Sequence record: AP017925.1
DNA: 64,000 nucleotides
Reading direction: 5' to 3' (one strand)
Shown here: in pieces, positions 9,319 to 19,818 of the stretch
Layout of the letters: every line of letters starts with the position of its first letter
Position numbering within the stretch: position 1 is the first letter of the stretch
The notes under the pieces: model-generated
Databases searched by the model: none
The model's input: the letters and a program-made list of their open reading frames with translations, nothing else
Told to the model about the DNA's origin: nothing
Translations under genes and position numbers: made by a program

Positions 9319-11094
9319 TCAGGCAGCTGCGCCAGCGGGAGCAGCAGCTTCGGCAGGAGCGCCGGCCAGGGAAGCAGCCACGTAGTCCAGAGCGTAGCTC
9401 AGGTTGCGCGGCAGGGCACGGTTGATCGCGTGGATCGGCATCTTCGGGGTAACCATCAGGATGCTGTTGATGAACAGCATGACCTGACGAGCCTTCGCAG
9501 CGATGCCACCTTCAGCGGCAGCGCTACCCAGATGGCTCTGGGACAGAGCAGCGATCGTGTCCTTGTACTTCTTGATCTCGGTGTTGAGTTCCTTCACACC
9601 ACCGCGATTGCCTTCGGACGCTTCACGTACAGCCTTGGCGACGGCCAGCACTTGCGCGCAGACCTTGGTCGCTTCGTTCGAGTTCAGCGCCGGCAGCGAA
9701 GCGCCTTCGGCCTTCTTGGTCGAAGCAACGACGCTGCTCATCTTGCCGATGCCGGCAGTGCTGTTCGGGATGGAGGTAACCAGCACTTGGTTGTCGAACA
9801 GGCTCACGCCGAACGAGGTGCAACCTTCAACACTGGTGCCTTCCGGCAGCGAGCGATCGTCGCCGGACTTTTCCATCTCGCTGGCCCAACGAGCCAGCAC
9901 GCCGGAGATCTTGCCACGGATCTCTTCATCCTTCTCCGGATTTTTGACCAGCTCTTCGCACAGCGCCAGTGCTTCCAGGTACTGTTTGTAGGCCTTCGGA
10001 TCGTTCAGCTTTTCAGCAGCCTTGCCCAGATTGGCGACGAAACCAGCGATGTCCTTGACCGGAGCGCCGTTCACCGACATCTTGGTGGCCAGCGACTTGC
10101 TGTCGATGGAACCGTCCTTCATCTTCGAGTTCTTCACGCGCTCGGACAGCTTTTCAGCGCGGCGTTCCACAGCCACGAAGGCATTGGTCAGACGCTGATA
10201 GGTCTCGACGGCCCACTTAGCCAGGTTGTCGAATGCGGTGCCGATAGCGGCCAGGATGCGCTTGATGAACGCAACGACCTGATCCTTGGCGTTGTTGGCG
10301 CCATCGATCTTGGCCGACGGAGTTTCCATGTCTTCCAGGGCCGGCAGCATCAGGTTCTTGACCTTCAGCGACCGGGTGACGGTGTTGACGTTGTTGCGCA
10401 GCAACGAGGCGCCGTAGATGTCCAGGCCGCCGCGTTGAGCAGCAGCGTCCAGAATGGCCACGCAGCCTTCCAGGGATTCGGTAGCGGCTTCGAGCTTCTC
10501 GACGTCTTCCTGCACGTCGCCTTCTTTGTCTTCGATCTGGTCGACGGCTTCCATCTCGCCTTCGACTTCTTCAGCTTCGGCTTCGCCTACGTCTTCGCCT
10601 TCGGCACCGCCGGCAGCAGCTGCCGGTTCACCGGTTGCTTCAGCCGCGCTAGTAGCAGCAGCGGCTGCTTGAGCAGCTTGGGTATCGTCGGCGGAAGTAG
10701 CGGCTGCAGCGGAAGCGGCCGGATCGCCGCCTTCACCTGCTTCACCACCAGCGGCCGCGCCGGTCTCACCGCCTTCGCCGGCGCCAGCGCCAGCTTCGCC
10801 GCCTTCAGCAGCACCACCTTCAGCAGCGCCCGCAGCCGCGCCACCAGCTTCACCACCTTCACCTGCAGCACCAGCGGCTGCGCCGCTTTCGCCACCTTCA
10901 CCACCGGCTTCACCGCCAGCAGCACCAGCTTCACCACCGGCCGCGCCTGCTTCGCCGCTAGCCGGAGCTGCAGCAGCTGCAGCGCCATCAGCGCCGTCGG
11001 TCTTGGCTTCGCCGCTTTCACCCGCGCCGGGTGCTTGGTCTTCTTCGTTGAATTCTTCCAGGGCGGCCATGCCCAGAGCAGACTTGAACTTCAT
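9319..11094 (-). CDS. internal head protein paralog with long Gly/Ala/Glu low-complexity propeptide
   Basis: MAALEEF start, repeated AGGEAG units, SLEG and PALED sites, family-type helical C-terminal region. Confidence 0.75.
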   Translation of the reverse strand: MKFKSALGMAALEEFNEEDQAPGAGESGEAKTDGADGAAAAAAPASGEAGAAGGEAGAAGGEAGGEGGESGAAAGAAGEGGEAGGAAAGAAEGGAAEGGEAGAGAGEGGETGAAAGGEAGEGGDPAASAAAATSADDTQAAQAAAAATSAAEATGEPAAAAGGAEGEDVGEAEAEEVEGEMEAVDQIEDKEGDVQEDVEKLEAATESLEGCVAILDAAAQRGGLDIYGASLLRNNVNTVTRSLKVKNLMLPALEDMETPSAKIDGANNAKDQVVAFIKRILAAIGTAFDNLAKWAVETYQRLTNAFVAVERRAEKLSERVKNSKMKDGSIDSKSLATKMSVNGAPVKDIAGFVANLGKAAEKLNDPKAYKQYLEALALCEELVKNPEKDEEIRGKISGVLARWASEMEKSGDDRSLPEGTSVEGCTSFGVSLFDNQVLVTSIPNSTAGIGKMSSVVASTKKAEGASLPALNSNEATKVCAQVLAVAKAVREASEGNRGGVKELNTEIKKYKDTIAALSQSHLGSAAAEGGIAAKARQVMLFINSILMVTPKMPIHAINRALPRNLSYALDYVAASLAGAPAEAAAPAGAAA

Positions 11095-11237
11095 GGTTTT
11101 TTCTCCATTCGAATGGAATTAATCTAAAGAAATCGCGCGATTCTTGAATAGGACAAATTCCCCGCCAGCATAAATGACGGCGAGGCTGTTCTATACAATG
11201 GTGTTTTGGCTAGGCGGTATTTACACCGCCTAGGCCA

Positions 11238-11837
11238 TTATCGGGTGTTATGTTCGCCGAAGAAGGTGTACAAGCTGGTCACCATGTCGACGAAACCGCC
11301 GGGATGAGACAGCCACTTCGCGATTACGTTGTGCAGGTTAGCCGTCGTCTCGTGCTGATGACGGAAGCTATAACCAGTCGGCAACATTGCCAGCAGCACT
11401 TCATCGTAATCCGGTTTATCACTCGGATCGTTCGAACCCGGCCCGATCAAACGCTCCCACATCCCTACCGGCATGTGGCGCTTACCGGTTACGATGAACC
11501 GGATAGTGTCAGTGATGAAGTCGGCATGTGTTTGCGTGATCAGCGGAGAGGCTTGGTTGATGCGCGCCCACTCGGTGAAGTTGTTGACGCCGAAAGCACG
11601 CAGAGCAATCTTGATCGCGCGCTCACGGAACTCGAAGTCGGTATGGATCACCTGACGACGGATCATCTGGTTGTAGATTTCCACCACCGACTCATCCGCC
11701 ACAACGTGCTTGATGGCTTCGGGACTCAGATCGAAGACCGAAAGGATCGGACGAGCCCGCCACGTCTGGTAGGTCTCGCTCGCCATGGCCTTCGAACCGA
11801 AGAAGCCTCGCACGTACAGTTTGAGGTCATCACGCAT
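11238..11837 (-). CDS. conserved phiKZ-like virion-block protein
   Basis: 199-aa ORF tightly coupled to 11841-12737, phage-typical codon usage. Confidence 0.6.
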   Translation of the reverse strand: MRDDLKLYVRGFFGSKAMASETYQTWRARPILSVFDLSPEAIKHVVADESVVEIYNQMIRRQVIHTDFEFRERAIKIALRAFGVNNFTEWARINQASPLITQTHADFITDTIRFIVTGKRHMPVGMWERLIGPGSNDPSDKPDYDEVLLAMLPTGYSFRHQHETTANLHNVIAKWLSHPGGFVDMVTSLYTFFGEHNTR

Positions 11838-11840
11838 GGA

Positions 11841-12737
11841 TCAGTCCTCATTCAGCTCTGCGATCTCACGGGTGAGGTCATCCGTGAGGGATTGCAGATA
11901 GGCGATCTCGCGTTCCAGCGCGGGATCTTCTTTGCCTTGACGGGCACGTTCCAGCTGCATCAGGCGCAGCTTGGCCATTTGCAGCTCGGTTTCTGCTTCC
12001 TTGGCCCGGGCGATCTTGGCTTCCACGCGATGCATGCGCAGACGACGGATCGGGTTCCAGGCAAAGTTGCTGGTCGAAAACAGGAACGGGTCGATCTTGG
12101 TTTCGCCGATCGTGTTCTTCAGGTTGGTGTAGTTGGTATCGTCAGCCAGGATATCCGGGATCTGGTCCAGACGTTCCACCATGTCACCAGCAGAGCGGGT
12201 GATCACTGCGATCGCGTTGCAGTACGGCACCAGGCCTTTCTGGAACGCTTCGATCTCGTACGGAACGAGATCGGTAGTCGGAATCGCTTCGAGCTTCTTC
12301 TCGTCGCGAGCGGCCGCAGTCTCGGTCTTCAGGGCGTAGGTGAGCAGCTTCGAGGTGTAACGGGCCGAGAAGGTGATCGCGTCGACCAGCTGCACCAGGT
12401 TGGCCTTACGATAGTTCAGGCCTTTTGCAGCGATCTTGTCTTCGAACTCACCAGCCACGATGGCTTCGAGTGCGTCGATGGTGGCTGTGATGTTGCTGAT
12501 GTTGCCAGCCAGGTAGCCAAAGATACCTTTCCCGCCTTGGCCTTTGACCACGCCGGAAAAGACTTGTTGCGCACGCTTCATTTCGTCGCCTTTGAACTTG
12601 GCGCCGAATGCCTTATCTGCGCTCGCCAGCACGCTGGAAGCAGCGGTGTACTGGTTGCGGGCAAAACGCAGATCTTCCAGCAGTCCGGATTTGCCGAACA
12701 TGGAAGCGATTTGTTGAATGTAGGTAGTGATTTTCAT
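11841..12737 (-). CDS. inner-body/head protein (phiKZ gp89-like by synteny)
   Basis: C-terminal coiled coil; lies next to the gp90-like gene; start moved to MKITTY. Confidence 0.55.
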   Translation of the reverse strand: MKITTYIQQIASMFGKSGLLEDLRFARNQYTAASSVLASADKAFGAKFKGDEMKRAQQVFSGVVKGQGGKGIFGYLAGNISNITATIDALEAIVAGEFEDKIAAKGLNYRKANLVQLVDAITFSARYTSKLLTYALKTETAAARDEKKLEAIPTTDLVPYEIEAFQKGLVPYCNAIAVITRSAGDMVERLDQIPDILADDTNYTNLKNTIGETKIDPFLFSTSNFAWNPIRRLRMHRVEAKIARAKEAETELQMAKLRLMQLERARQGKEDPALEREIAYLQSLTDDLTREIAELNED

Positions 12738-12818
12738 GTTTTTACTGAATCGCTCTCTGCGAGACAAAGATGGACGGTACAAACAATAGCGGAGGCCTCA
12801 GCCTCCGCCATCACTTGC

Positions 12819-14114
12819 TTACAGGCGCGGAGTCGAACCCGCGCGGAAGGCGTTGAGGACGTCACCGATGTCCACACCACCACCCTTGCTGGAGGCTTTC
12901 AGATCGCGCTCGGACAGCTCGGTGTATTCCGGGATGTCACGGGTGTACATGCGAACACGGCCCCACTGCTTGTCGATGATGAACATCAGCATGCCGTAGC
13001 CTTGCTGAAACAGCTTCTGACGGGTGTTAAAGTCCTTCAGCTTGCCGTAGATCTTCATCTCCAGCGCTTCGGCCGAAGCCTGCGACATGATGATGATGTT
13101 CGATGCGTTGTTGGCCGAGAGGCTGGCCGACAGAGCCGCGGACAGGCCATTCTGGCGACGCTTCTGCATCATCTGCAGATAGATGCCGGTTTTGTCGGCA
13201 CGCAGGTTCTGCTTGTGGGTATCGATCAGATCTTGACAGAACACGAGGTCACGCCAGAAGTCGATACCACCCAGGCGCCACTTCTTGAAACGTGCACCGA
13301 AGCTGATGTCTTCCGAGCCGGAGGCCAGGATGTGCACCAGCGGGGCAGTTGCCATGTACATGGCGTTCAGGCGAATCAGCACCGGAACCTGCACTTCACG
13401 ATCGTTGTCTTTGATCGTAACGTTGATCATGCGACCAACGCCCAGGTTCACCGGGTCGCTGATGTCCACGGTCTTGCCGATCGAGGCCGAGGAGCTACCG
13501 TTCAGCGTGGAAAGTGCAGCCTGCTTGGCAGCATCTTTCATGTTGGTCGGAGCGGTCGGTTGCGGGGTGTTCTTGCCAGCGGCTTGTTGGCCCTTGACCT
13601 TGAACTGGTCATTCGATTCCAGAGCCGGCGTGGCTTCAACATTGGAAGCACGTTCAGCAGAAGCTTCGGCGTCTTTCAAGACGGCTTCTTCGAGTTCTTT
13701 GATCTCGGCCGGCAGTTCGCGGACTTCACCGTCAACTACGAGGCGATCATCGAACTCTTCGAGGGCCGCGGAAGCGATGCTGCCGAGGCTGCTTACGGCT
13801 GCGCCGGTCGGCGAACGACGCGTCGAAAACTTGTCCAGACGTTGCAGAACACTGGCATTGCCAATGCTAATGTTGTGCATTGAAAATGCCCGCAGGTAAT
13901 AACCTGCGAAGACCGATTGTGCGAGCTGGAGCGTATCCGGCAGCAGGTCCGAGCTGCGCAGATCTTCGTCAACCAGAGCAGTGGGCTCGACGGTGCCTGC
14001 CTGGGCATATCCCACCAACGAATCACCGTTGGGCAGGTCGGCCAGCATCTTGAAGCCATGCTCGATGGCGGCGCCAGCCACCTTCATTCCAGCGGCTGCT
14101 GCAAGAGTATTCAT
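12819..14114 (-). CDS. inner-body/head protein (phiKZ gp90-like)
   Basis: SLxxY..VEPxxLxD and FAGYYL motifs recalled from this family; AALEE and PALES processing sites. Confidence 0.6.
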   Translation of the reverse strand: MNTLAAAAGMKVAGAAIEHGFKMLADLPNGDSLVGYAQAGTVEPTALVDEDLRSSDLLPDTLQLAQSVFAGYYLRAFSMHNISIGNASVLQRLDKFSTRRSPTGAAVSSLGSIASAALEEFDDRLVVDGEVRELPAEIKELEEAVLKDAEASAERASNVEATPALESNDQFKVKGQQAAGKNTPQPTAPTNMKDAAKQAALSTLNGSSSASIGKTVDISDPVNLGVGRMINVTIKDNDREVQVPVLIRLNAMYMATAPLVHILASGSEDISFGARFKKWRLGGIDFWRDLVFCQDLIDTHKQNLRADKTGIYLQMMQKRRQNGLSAALSASLSANNASNIIIMSQASAEALEMKIYGKLKDFNTRQKLFQQGYGMLMFIIDKQWGRVRMYTRDIPEYTELSERDLKASSKGGGVDIGDVLNAFRAGSTPRL

Positions 14115-14144
14115 TTTTTGATTCCCAGAAAAGAAGGATTTACG

Positions 14145-15302
14145 ATGTCGAATATGTTTACTGATGTCTGGGGCAGAACCTTTACCCAGGGCGGAACGGT
14201 AAACGGCGTGGAGGACGTTTGGGCGCGCAGCGCTATTGGCAATCCTGGTGTTGCAGTTACTGAAACCCTGTACGGTCTAAACCACCGGAGTCTCGCTAAC
14301 AGTATTCCCATTAATAAGGACTACTATGGCTTGGCGTTCTTCACCCGACCGGATTTGCGCTTCACCAACGATAACTTGTTGAAGCTGCGCAAATTCGTTC
14401 CGATGCTCACCACACGAGAAGCCTCGTTGCCGCGCGCCATCCGCGCCATGCTGGATTTTCGCCACAACACTCATAATGAAGAGAGCTACAATTGTAGCCT
14501 GATTGATCCGAAGCAGGCGTTTATTCCTCTTCTGACCAATCAGCTCGTCAGTATGTCTGGTTGGCCGGATCTCGAATTGCCCACCTACACCAGTGAAGCC
14601 GGGGTGTATGGTGAGATGTTTTCTTTTGCCGATGGTATTTCCGAGGTCTATCGGACTTGGGACATGACGGCAAATTTCCGCAATATCCCAGGTGACCCGA
14701 TCACCTCGATGTTCTACTACTGGTTGATGTATGCCCAAGCGGTCTTCGAAGGAACGCTCACACCGTATGCGGACAACGTTGCAGAAAACACTATCGACTA
14801 CCAGACTCGGATTTACCGGGTGGTTCTGGATTCGACCAAACGCTTTGTTCAAAAGATTGCGTGTACTGGCGCATCATTCCCTACGTCTGTACCGATGGGG
14901 ATGTCGTTCAACTTCGAGACCGACACACCAATCAACCGCCTTGATCAGATTCCGATCAGCTTCCGCTGCATCGGCGCTGAGTATCTGGATGACATGATCA
15001 TCCATGATTTCAATGCGGCCGTCTGTTTCGCTAACAACGACATGTTCGATGATCAGCGCCAAGGAGCGGGGTTGGTGAAGGTGCCGTACGAGTACATCTT
15101 CCTCTTTAACCATCTCGGCTATCCGCGCATTAATGCAAACACATTCGAGCTGGAGTGGTGGGTCTACAACAACACGTTCCAGGAACTGACCGGTGGTAGC
15201 AGCAATACCTCGGATACGGTGAACTTCAACCCGGACGCTGTGGATGCAGGTGACCTGAACACGTACACCGGCAATATTCCAATTAACGGCGTGAAACGAT
15301 AA
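14145..15302 (+). CDS. virion structural protein, baseplate/tube-like (start moved to MSNMFTD)
   Basis: GAAGGA SD upstream of 14145; FFTRPDL, GWPD and DYQTRIY motifs recalled from conserved phiKZ-like virion proteins. Confidence 0.6.
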   Translation: MSNMFTDVWGRTFTQGGTVNGVEDVWARSAIGNPGVAVTETLYGLNHRSLANSIPINKDYYGLAFFTRPDLRFTNDNLLKLRKFVPMLTTREASLPRAIRAMLDFRHNTHNEESYNCSLIDPKQAFIPLLTNQLVSMSGWPDLELPTYTSEAGVYGEMFSFADGISEVYRTWDMTANFRNIPGDPITSMFYYWLMYAQAVFEGTLTPYADNVAENTIDYQTRIYRVVLDSTKRFVQKIACTGASFPTSVPMGMSFNFETDTPINRLDQIPISFRCIGAEYLDDMIIHDFNAAVCFANNDMFDDQRQGAGLVKVPYEYIFLFNHLGYPRINANTFELEWWVYNNTFQELTGGSSNTSDTVNFNPDAVDAGDLNTYTGNIPINGVKR

Positions 15303-15313
15303 AGCTACTCAAC

Positions 15314-18241
15314 ATGTCCACTCTTACAGATCTCAAAGCGAACATCGATTCGTTCCGCTATAACCCGACCAAGATTCAAGGTGCTGTTCTGCGGATGGTT
15401 CGTGACGTCTCTGCTGGTAAGCTCGACATCGTCGATCCCAGCAACCCCTTCGTCTTTCTGGTTGAAGCTTCCGCTACGGTCGGCGCTTCGATCATGACCG
15501 AAAGTGCTACTAACAACCGCAAGCAATATGCACAGGTAGCGCAAACCGTACAAGACCTGTATCGCCACATGCACTACGGTGACTTCAATGACATCTTCGC
15601 TCTGCCGTCGAAGGCTGGCTTTGTCATGGGGTTCAACAAAGATGAACTGATCGCTCGTATGGTGCAGATGCCTGATGGCGATATCCGCAAGATCGTGATT
15701 CCGCGCAACACTACGGTCTCGATCGCCGGCACGCTGTTTAGCTTGCAGTATCCGATCGAAGTGCGTCAGCTCGCGCACGGTGGCTTGCAAGTGGTTTACG
15801 ATACGTCGAAGACCACGCCTTTGAAAAACATCGACACCAACGTAATCGAATGGCAATCGATGCGGCAGGCCGATGGTTCGGAGATGATTCTGTTCCCGGT
15901 AATTCTGGACCAGTTCAATATCATCACGCAAAGTGACGTAGTGAATGGTGCACAGAAGTTCTCGCTGTCGACTACGATCTCCGATCAGTTCTACTTCTGT
16001 CGCGTGTGGCAAGAAACCACCAATGGCTGGGTTGAACTGCCGACTACCTATAGCCAAGACATCTACAGCAACAATGGCCCGGTTGCCATTGTAAAGGTTG
16101 TGGATCAACAGGTGACGGTCGAGATCCCGATCGTGTTTGTCAAGACCGGTCAGATCTCCGGCAAGGTGCGGATGGATGTCTACCAGACCAAAGGCCCGAT
16201 CAGCCAAGACTTGGGAGGCTTTGATCCGAAGCAGTTCACGATCAACTGGTTGGCTATCGACAAGAACGAGCAAGACCAGTACGTGTCTCCGCTCAAGGCT
16301 ATGACGACTGCTGTTGTGTATTCCAGCGCGATGACTACCGGTGGTCGCAATGCCATGACTTTCGATGAGTTGAAGGACCGCGTGATCCAGAATGCTTTCG
16401 GCCCGACCATCCTGCCGATCACGCCAGCTCAAGCGCAGAAGAAGTTGGAGCGTAACGGCTACAACATCGTGAAGAACTTGGACCACGTAACGGATCGTAT
16501 CTTCGCTGCTACACGTCCGATGCCTGATCCGAAAGATGTGGAGCTGATCACGCCTGCTTCGGCTGGCATCCACACGCTGACTGAAACCATGGAGCATCTC
16601 GGCATGCTCTCGACGTCTTACGTGAATAACCAGAGTCTGACTTTGGGGCCGAAGACACTGTACCGTGTGGATCAGGGAGTGCTGAAGGTGGTATCGGATT
16701 CAGAAGTTGCTCTGCTGAATTCGCTACCGGGTGACAAGAAGGCTGTGGTGATCACGGAAGGCTCGTACTTCTACTCGCCCTTCCACTACGTGTTCGATGC
16801 GACTAGCAGCACGTTTGTGTCGCGTTCCTACTATCTGGATTCTCCGAAGATCAACGCGCGTAGCTTCATCGCGGAGAATGGCACCACCTCGTTGCAAGTC
16901 AGCACCAGTAGCGCACAAATCGCACGTACGCCTTCTGGTTGGCAGCTCACCGTCACCACCAACTCGTCGCAGGAGTGGAAGGATCTCGACGATGAAAAAA
17001 CCCACATCACCTTGGCGTACCAGCCGGACCGCTCTGGCGACTATGCCTACACGCTGGGCACTTTGCTTGGCAAGACAACCGCGGGCGAGCGGGTGTACCA
17101 GTTCGACATCAAGACCAGTTATGACATCGACGCGAACAACGCGATGCAATTGACCAACTTCATGATGTACGAACAGTCGCAACAGTTCCTGCGCACGCCG
17201 CTGGAACAGAATTTCGAGTTGTTCTATTCGGTTTCTTCGCCGATGCCGAGCACTTGGACTGCGACGACCTTCGATCCGCTGATTGGTACGTTCCTTCTGC
17301 CTTTTGGTAGCGTCGGCGTGTCTCGTGAACGTCTGGATGTGATTCTGGGTTATTCCCTGAGTAACCTCTGGACACGTGGCCGCACTGTGGTGGGTGAGCA
17401 GGACTACGCGAAGTGGGAAGTGGATGTTCAGGCGACGTACGAAAAGGATGTCTACCAAGCTGATCCGGTAACGGGCGCTGCTTTCACTGTGGTCAATGGC
17501 GTGCTGACCTACAACAAGCTGCATTCGGCTGGTGACCTCGTGTTCACGGGTCCGAACAACGACGTTCCGGTGATCAAGTACGCCAAGGGCTCGATCAAGA
17601 AGGATGCCTACGGTAATCCGATCGTGGTTGGTGGGCGTAAGCTCATGCGCCAGATCGATCTGTTCCTGTTGGAAGCACCGTATTATTTCGCGACCAACAA
17701 GGCAGCTACCGATTATCGTACGCAATTGGTGGACACGATCGTGCAATGGATTGCTGATGACCTCAAGGACATTAGCAAGATGTTGCTGGACAAGACCAAC
17801 ATCTACTTCTATCCGGTGCAGAACGTCGGCTCGGTGGATGTGATTTACGGTGCAGGTCTTAAGTCCACGATCGATGCCGGTCAATACTTCAACCTGAAGC
17901 TGTACGTGAAGGACTCGGTCTACAAGAACGACAAGCTCCGTGAATCGCTCTCCCGTTCGTCGGTGGTGTCGATCTCCGAGTGCTTGAAGTCGAAGACCGT
18001 GTCGAACTCGCAGATCGTCGATGCCTTGAAGATCACCTATGGCAGCGATGTGGTGGCGTTCGATCTGGAAGGGCTGGGTGGTACGGCACAACTCTCCATC
18101 GTCACGATGGTAGATGACTCTGCTCGTCTGACGCTTCGTAAGAAGCTGGAGTATCGTCCGGACCAGACGTTTGCGTTGCGTGAAGACGTGAACATCGAGT
18201 TCGTGGCAGCAGAACGCGCAGGCGTGACGCTGGACGCGTAA
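15314..18241 (+). CDS. large baseplate wedge-like protein
   Basis: 975 aa, beta-rich; TGGRNAMTFDELKDRVIQNA resembles the GG..E....R segment of baseplate J/T4 gp6-like proteins. Confidence 0.55.
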   Translation: MSTLTDLKANIDSFRYNPTKIQGAVLRMVRDVSAGKLDIVDPSNPFVFLVEASATVGASIMTESATNNRKQYAQVAQTVQDLYRHMHYGDFNDIFALPSKAGFVMGFNKDELIARMVQMPDGDIRKIVIPRNTTVSIAGTLFSLQYPIEVRQLAHGGLQVVYDTSKTTPLKNIDTNVIEWQSMRQADGSEMILFPVILDQFNIITQSDVVNGAQKFSLSTTISDQFYFCRVWQETTNGWVELPTTYSQDIYSNNGPVAIVKVVDQQVTVEIPIVFVKTGQISGKVRMDVYQTKGPISQDLGGFDPKQFTINWLAIDKNEQDQYVSPLKAMTTAVVYSSAMTTGGRNAMTFDELKDRVIQNAFGPTILPITPAQAQKKLERNGYNIVKNLDHVTDRIFAATRPMPDPKDVELITPASAGIHTLTETMEHLGMLSTSYVNNQSLTLGPKTLYRVDQGVLKVVSDSEVALLNSLPGDKKAVVITEGSYFYSPFHYVFDATSSTFVSRSYYLDSPKINARSFIAENGTTSLQVSTSSAQIARTPSGWQLTVTTNSSQEWKDLDDEKTHITLAYQPDRSGDYAYTLGTLLGKTTAGERVYQFDIKTSYDIDANNAMQLTNFMMYEQSQQFLRTPLEQNFELFYSVSSPMPSTWTATTFDPLIGTFLLPFGSVGVSRERLDVILGYSLSNLWTRGRTVVGEQDYAKWEVDVQATYEKDVYQADPVTGAAFTVVNGVLTYNKLHSAGDLVFTGPNNDVPVIKYAKGSIKKDAYGNPIVVGGRKLMRQIDLFLLEAPYYFATNKAATDYRTQLVDTIVQWIADDLKDISKMLLDKTNIYFYPVQNVGSVDVIYGAGLKSTIDAGQYFNLKLYVKDSVYKNDKLRESLSRSSVVSISECLKSKTVSNSQIVDALKITYGSDVVAFDLEGLGGTAQLSIVTMVDDSARLTLRKKLEYRPDQTFALREDVNIEFVAAERAGVTLDA

Positions 18242-18246
18242 TTGCG

Positions 18247-18287
18247 GCATAGGAGCCAGGAGGGTTACCCCTCCTGGCTTTTTATGC
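18247..18287. terminator. bidirectional intrinsic terminator between convergent genes
   Basis: Stem AGCCAGGAGG/CCTCCTGGCT followed by TTTTATGC. Confidence 0.8.
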
Positions 18288-18299
18288 TGTTAAGTCACG

Positions 18300-19760
18300 T
18301 TACATGGAGAACACCAGATTGATGTCGTGCTCTGCCACGCCCATCTCTTTGGCTTTTTCCAGCACTTGTTTCTTGACACCATTCCGGATGATGGTATCCA
18401 GCTGTTCGCGGGTGGCTTTGATGCCCTTCACGAAGTTCACCAGTTGACTGATGGCCGTGTAGGAGAATGCGATGCGTTGCGTAGCCGGGACGATCACGGA
18501 CCGGTTGAAGTCCTTGATCGCTTCCAGCGCGGCCTTAGCTTGCGCTTCCTTGTTGGCATCTGGCGTGTAGAGCTGCATCTGGTACAGGTGATGGCTCATC
18601 TCATCCATGCTTTCGGAGAAGCGCTTCTGATCGGCCATGTCCTGATTCAGCAGCTCGGAACCATAGTCGAAGACGGCTTTCATCTTCGGCGAGTTGAGTG
18701 CCTCCAGCAGTTGACGGTAATCTTCAACCTTGAAATCCGTGGAAGTGGTCTTGAACTCGATGATGGCCTTGGCGTGCTTGTCAGCCAGTTGCGCTACTTG
18801 CTGGAAGCTGTCGTCCTGCGTGATCTTCAGAACACCTTCGTAGTCCTTGCTACCGATGGCTCGCTCGAAGTCAGCCATCAGAACAATGATCGAAGCAATG
18901 CTCTTCTCGTGCGTGCCGATCAGACCCTCGATCTGATCCGGATCACCCAGGAACTTCTGCACGAACGGCAGGCGCACCAGAATGGCGTTTAGCTGTGTCG
19001 CCATCGCGGACTTGTATGCTTCTGCGCTACCCAGGCTTTGCACCACATTGGACAGCTTGGCCAGACGCTCAGCGCGCTGACGGTATTCGTCGGAGTCCTT
19101 GTAGTTACCCTTGGTGTGCTCCGGCTGTACTTCGGCCTGCTTCTGGAGTTCGGTTGCCCGAGTCTTGGCTGCTTCGATGATTTCCTGAGCTTTCTTCTCA
19201 GCATCGGCGATTGCCTGACTTGCATCGTTGATTTCCTTCGATGCATCTTTGAGAAGTTGCTTGTTCTCGTCGCTAGCGAGACCCTGTGCCTGAGCGCGAT
19301 CGAAGAGGTTCTTGAACCAGTCGAACACACGCTTGAACATGCTGGCAACGAACTCTTTGAGCTTCTCCAGAATACCTTGTTTCTTCTGATCCACTTCTTC
19401 CAGCGCAACCGATAGCATGGTGCGGCTCGGATGCTTGGTGAAGAAGGCAATCGGACGCTCATCGTTGAGGAAGCCTGGCATCAGTGCTTCGGCTTCCGTG
19501 GCGATGCTTTGGCTCATGCCTTTCTGAGCCTTGATGCTTTCTTGCAGCAGTTCCAGATCACGGAACTGGACTTCCAGGTTTTCAGCTGCAACAGCGATCA
19601 GGTCGATGTCGTCGCGCAGCTCCGGCACTTCACCGTTATCGCCTTCATCTTTGAATGCGTTGACAACAACAGCGGGTTCCTGTTTGGGTTCCATACTGTC
19701 ATCGGCCAAGAGGAAATTGTCGTTCAATCCTGCCATGATGGTATCTCGTAGTTGATTCAA
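18300..19760 (-). CDS. internal head protein paralog
   Basis: HPSRTMLSVALEE propeptide end followed by KLKEFVASMFKRVFDWFK helix. Confidence 0.7.
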   Translation of the reverse strand: MNQLRDTIMAGLNDNFLLADDSMEPKQEPAVVVNAFKDEGDNGEVPELRDDIDLIAVAAENLEVQFRDLELLQESIKAQKGMSQSIATEAEALMPGFLNDERPIAFFTKHPSRTMLSVALEEVDQKKQGILEKLKEFVASMFKRVFDWFKNLFDRAQAQGLASDENKQLLKDASKEINDASQAIADAEKKAQEIIEAAKTRATELQKQAEVQPEHTKGNYKDSDEYRQRAERLAKLSNVVQSLGSAEAYKSAMATQLNAILVRLPFVQKFLGDPDQIEGLIGTHEKSIASIIVLMADFERAIGSKDYEGVLKITQDDSFQQVAQLADKHAKAIIEFKTTSTDFKVEDYRQLLEALNSPKMKAVFDYGSELLNQDMADQKRFSESMDEMSHHLYQMQLYTPDANKEAQAKAALEAIKDFNRSVIVPATQRIAFSYTAISQLVNFVKGIKATREQLDTIIRNGVKKQVLEKAKEMGVAEHDINLVFSM

Positions 19761-19818
19761 TGGAATAAAACCCCAGTGGACGCTTGGCCCACTGGAGTCG
19801 TGTATTGCTTGTGCCGTA

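Noticed and set aside
4523-13883. Very long plus-strand ORFs (4523-6313, 6339-7886, 8008-9318, 9430-11127, 11250-13883)
   Set aside because: They are antisense shadows of strongly codon-biased minus-strand genes, have no recognisable motifs and lack RBSs. The same applies to shadows at 27093, 37987, 44923, 47763, 49660 and 60568.
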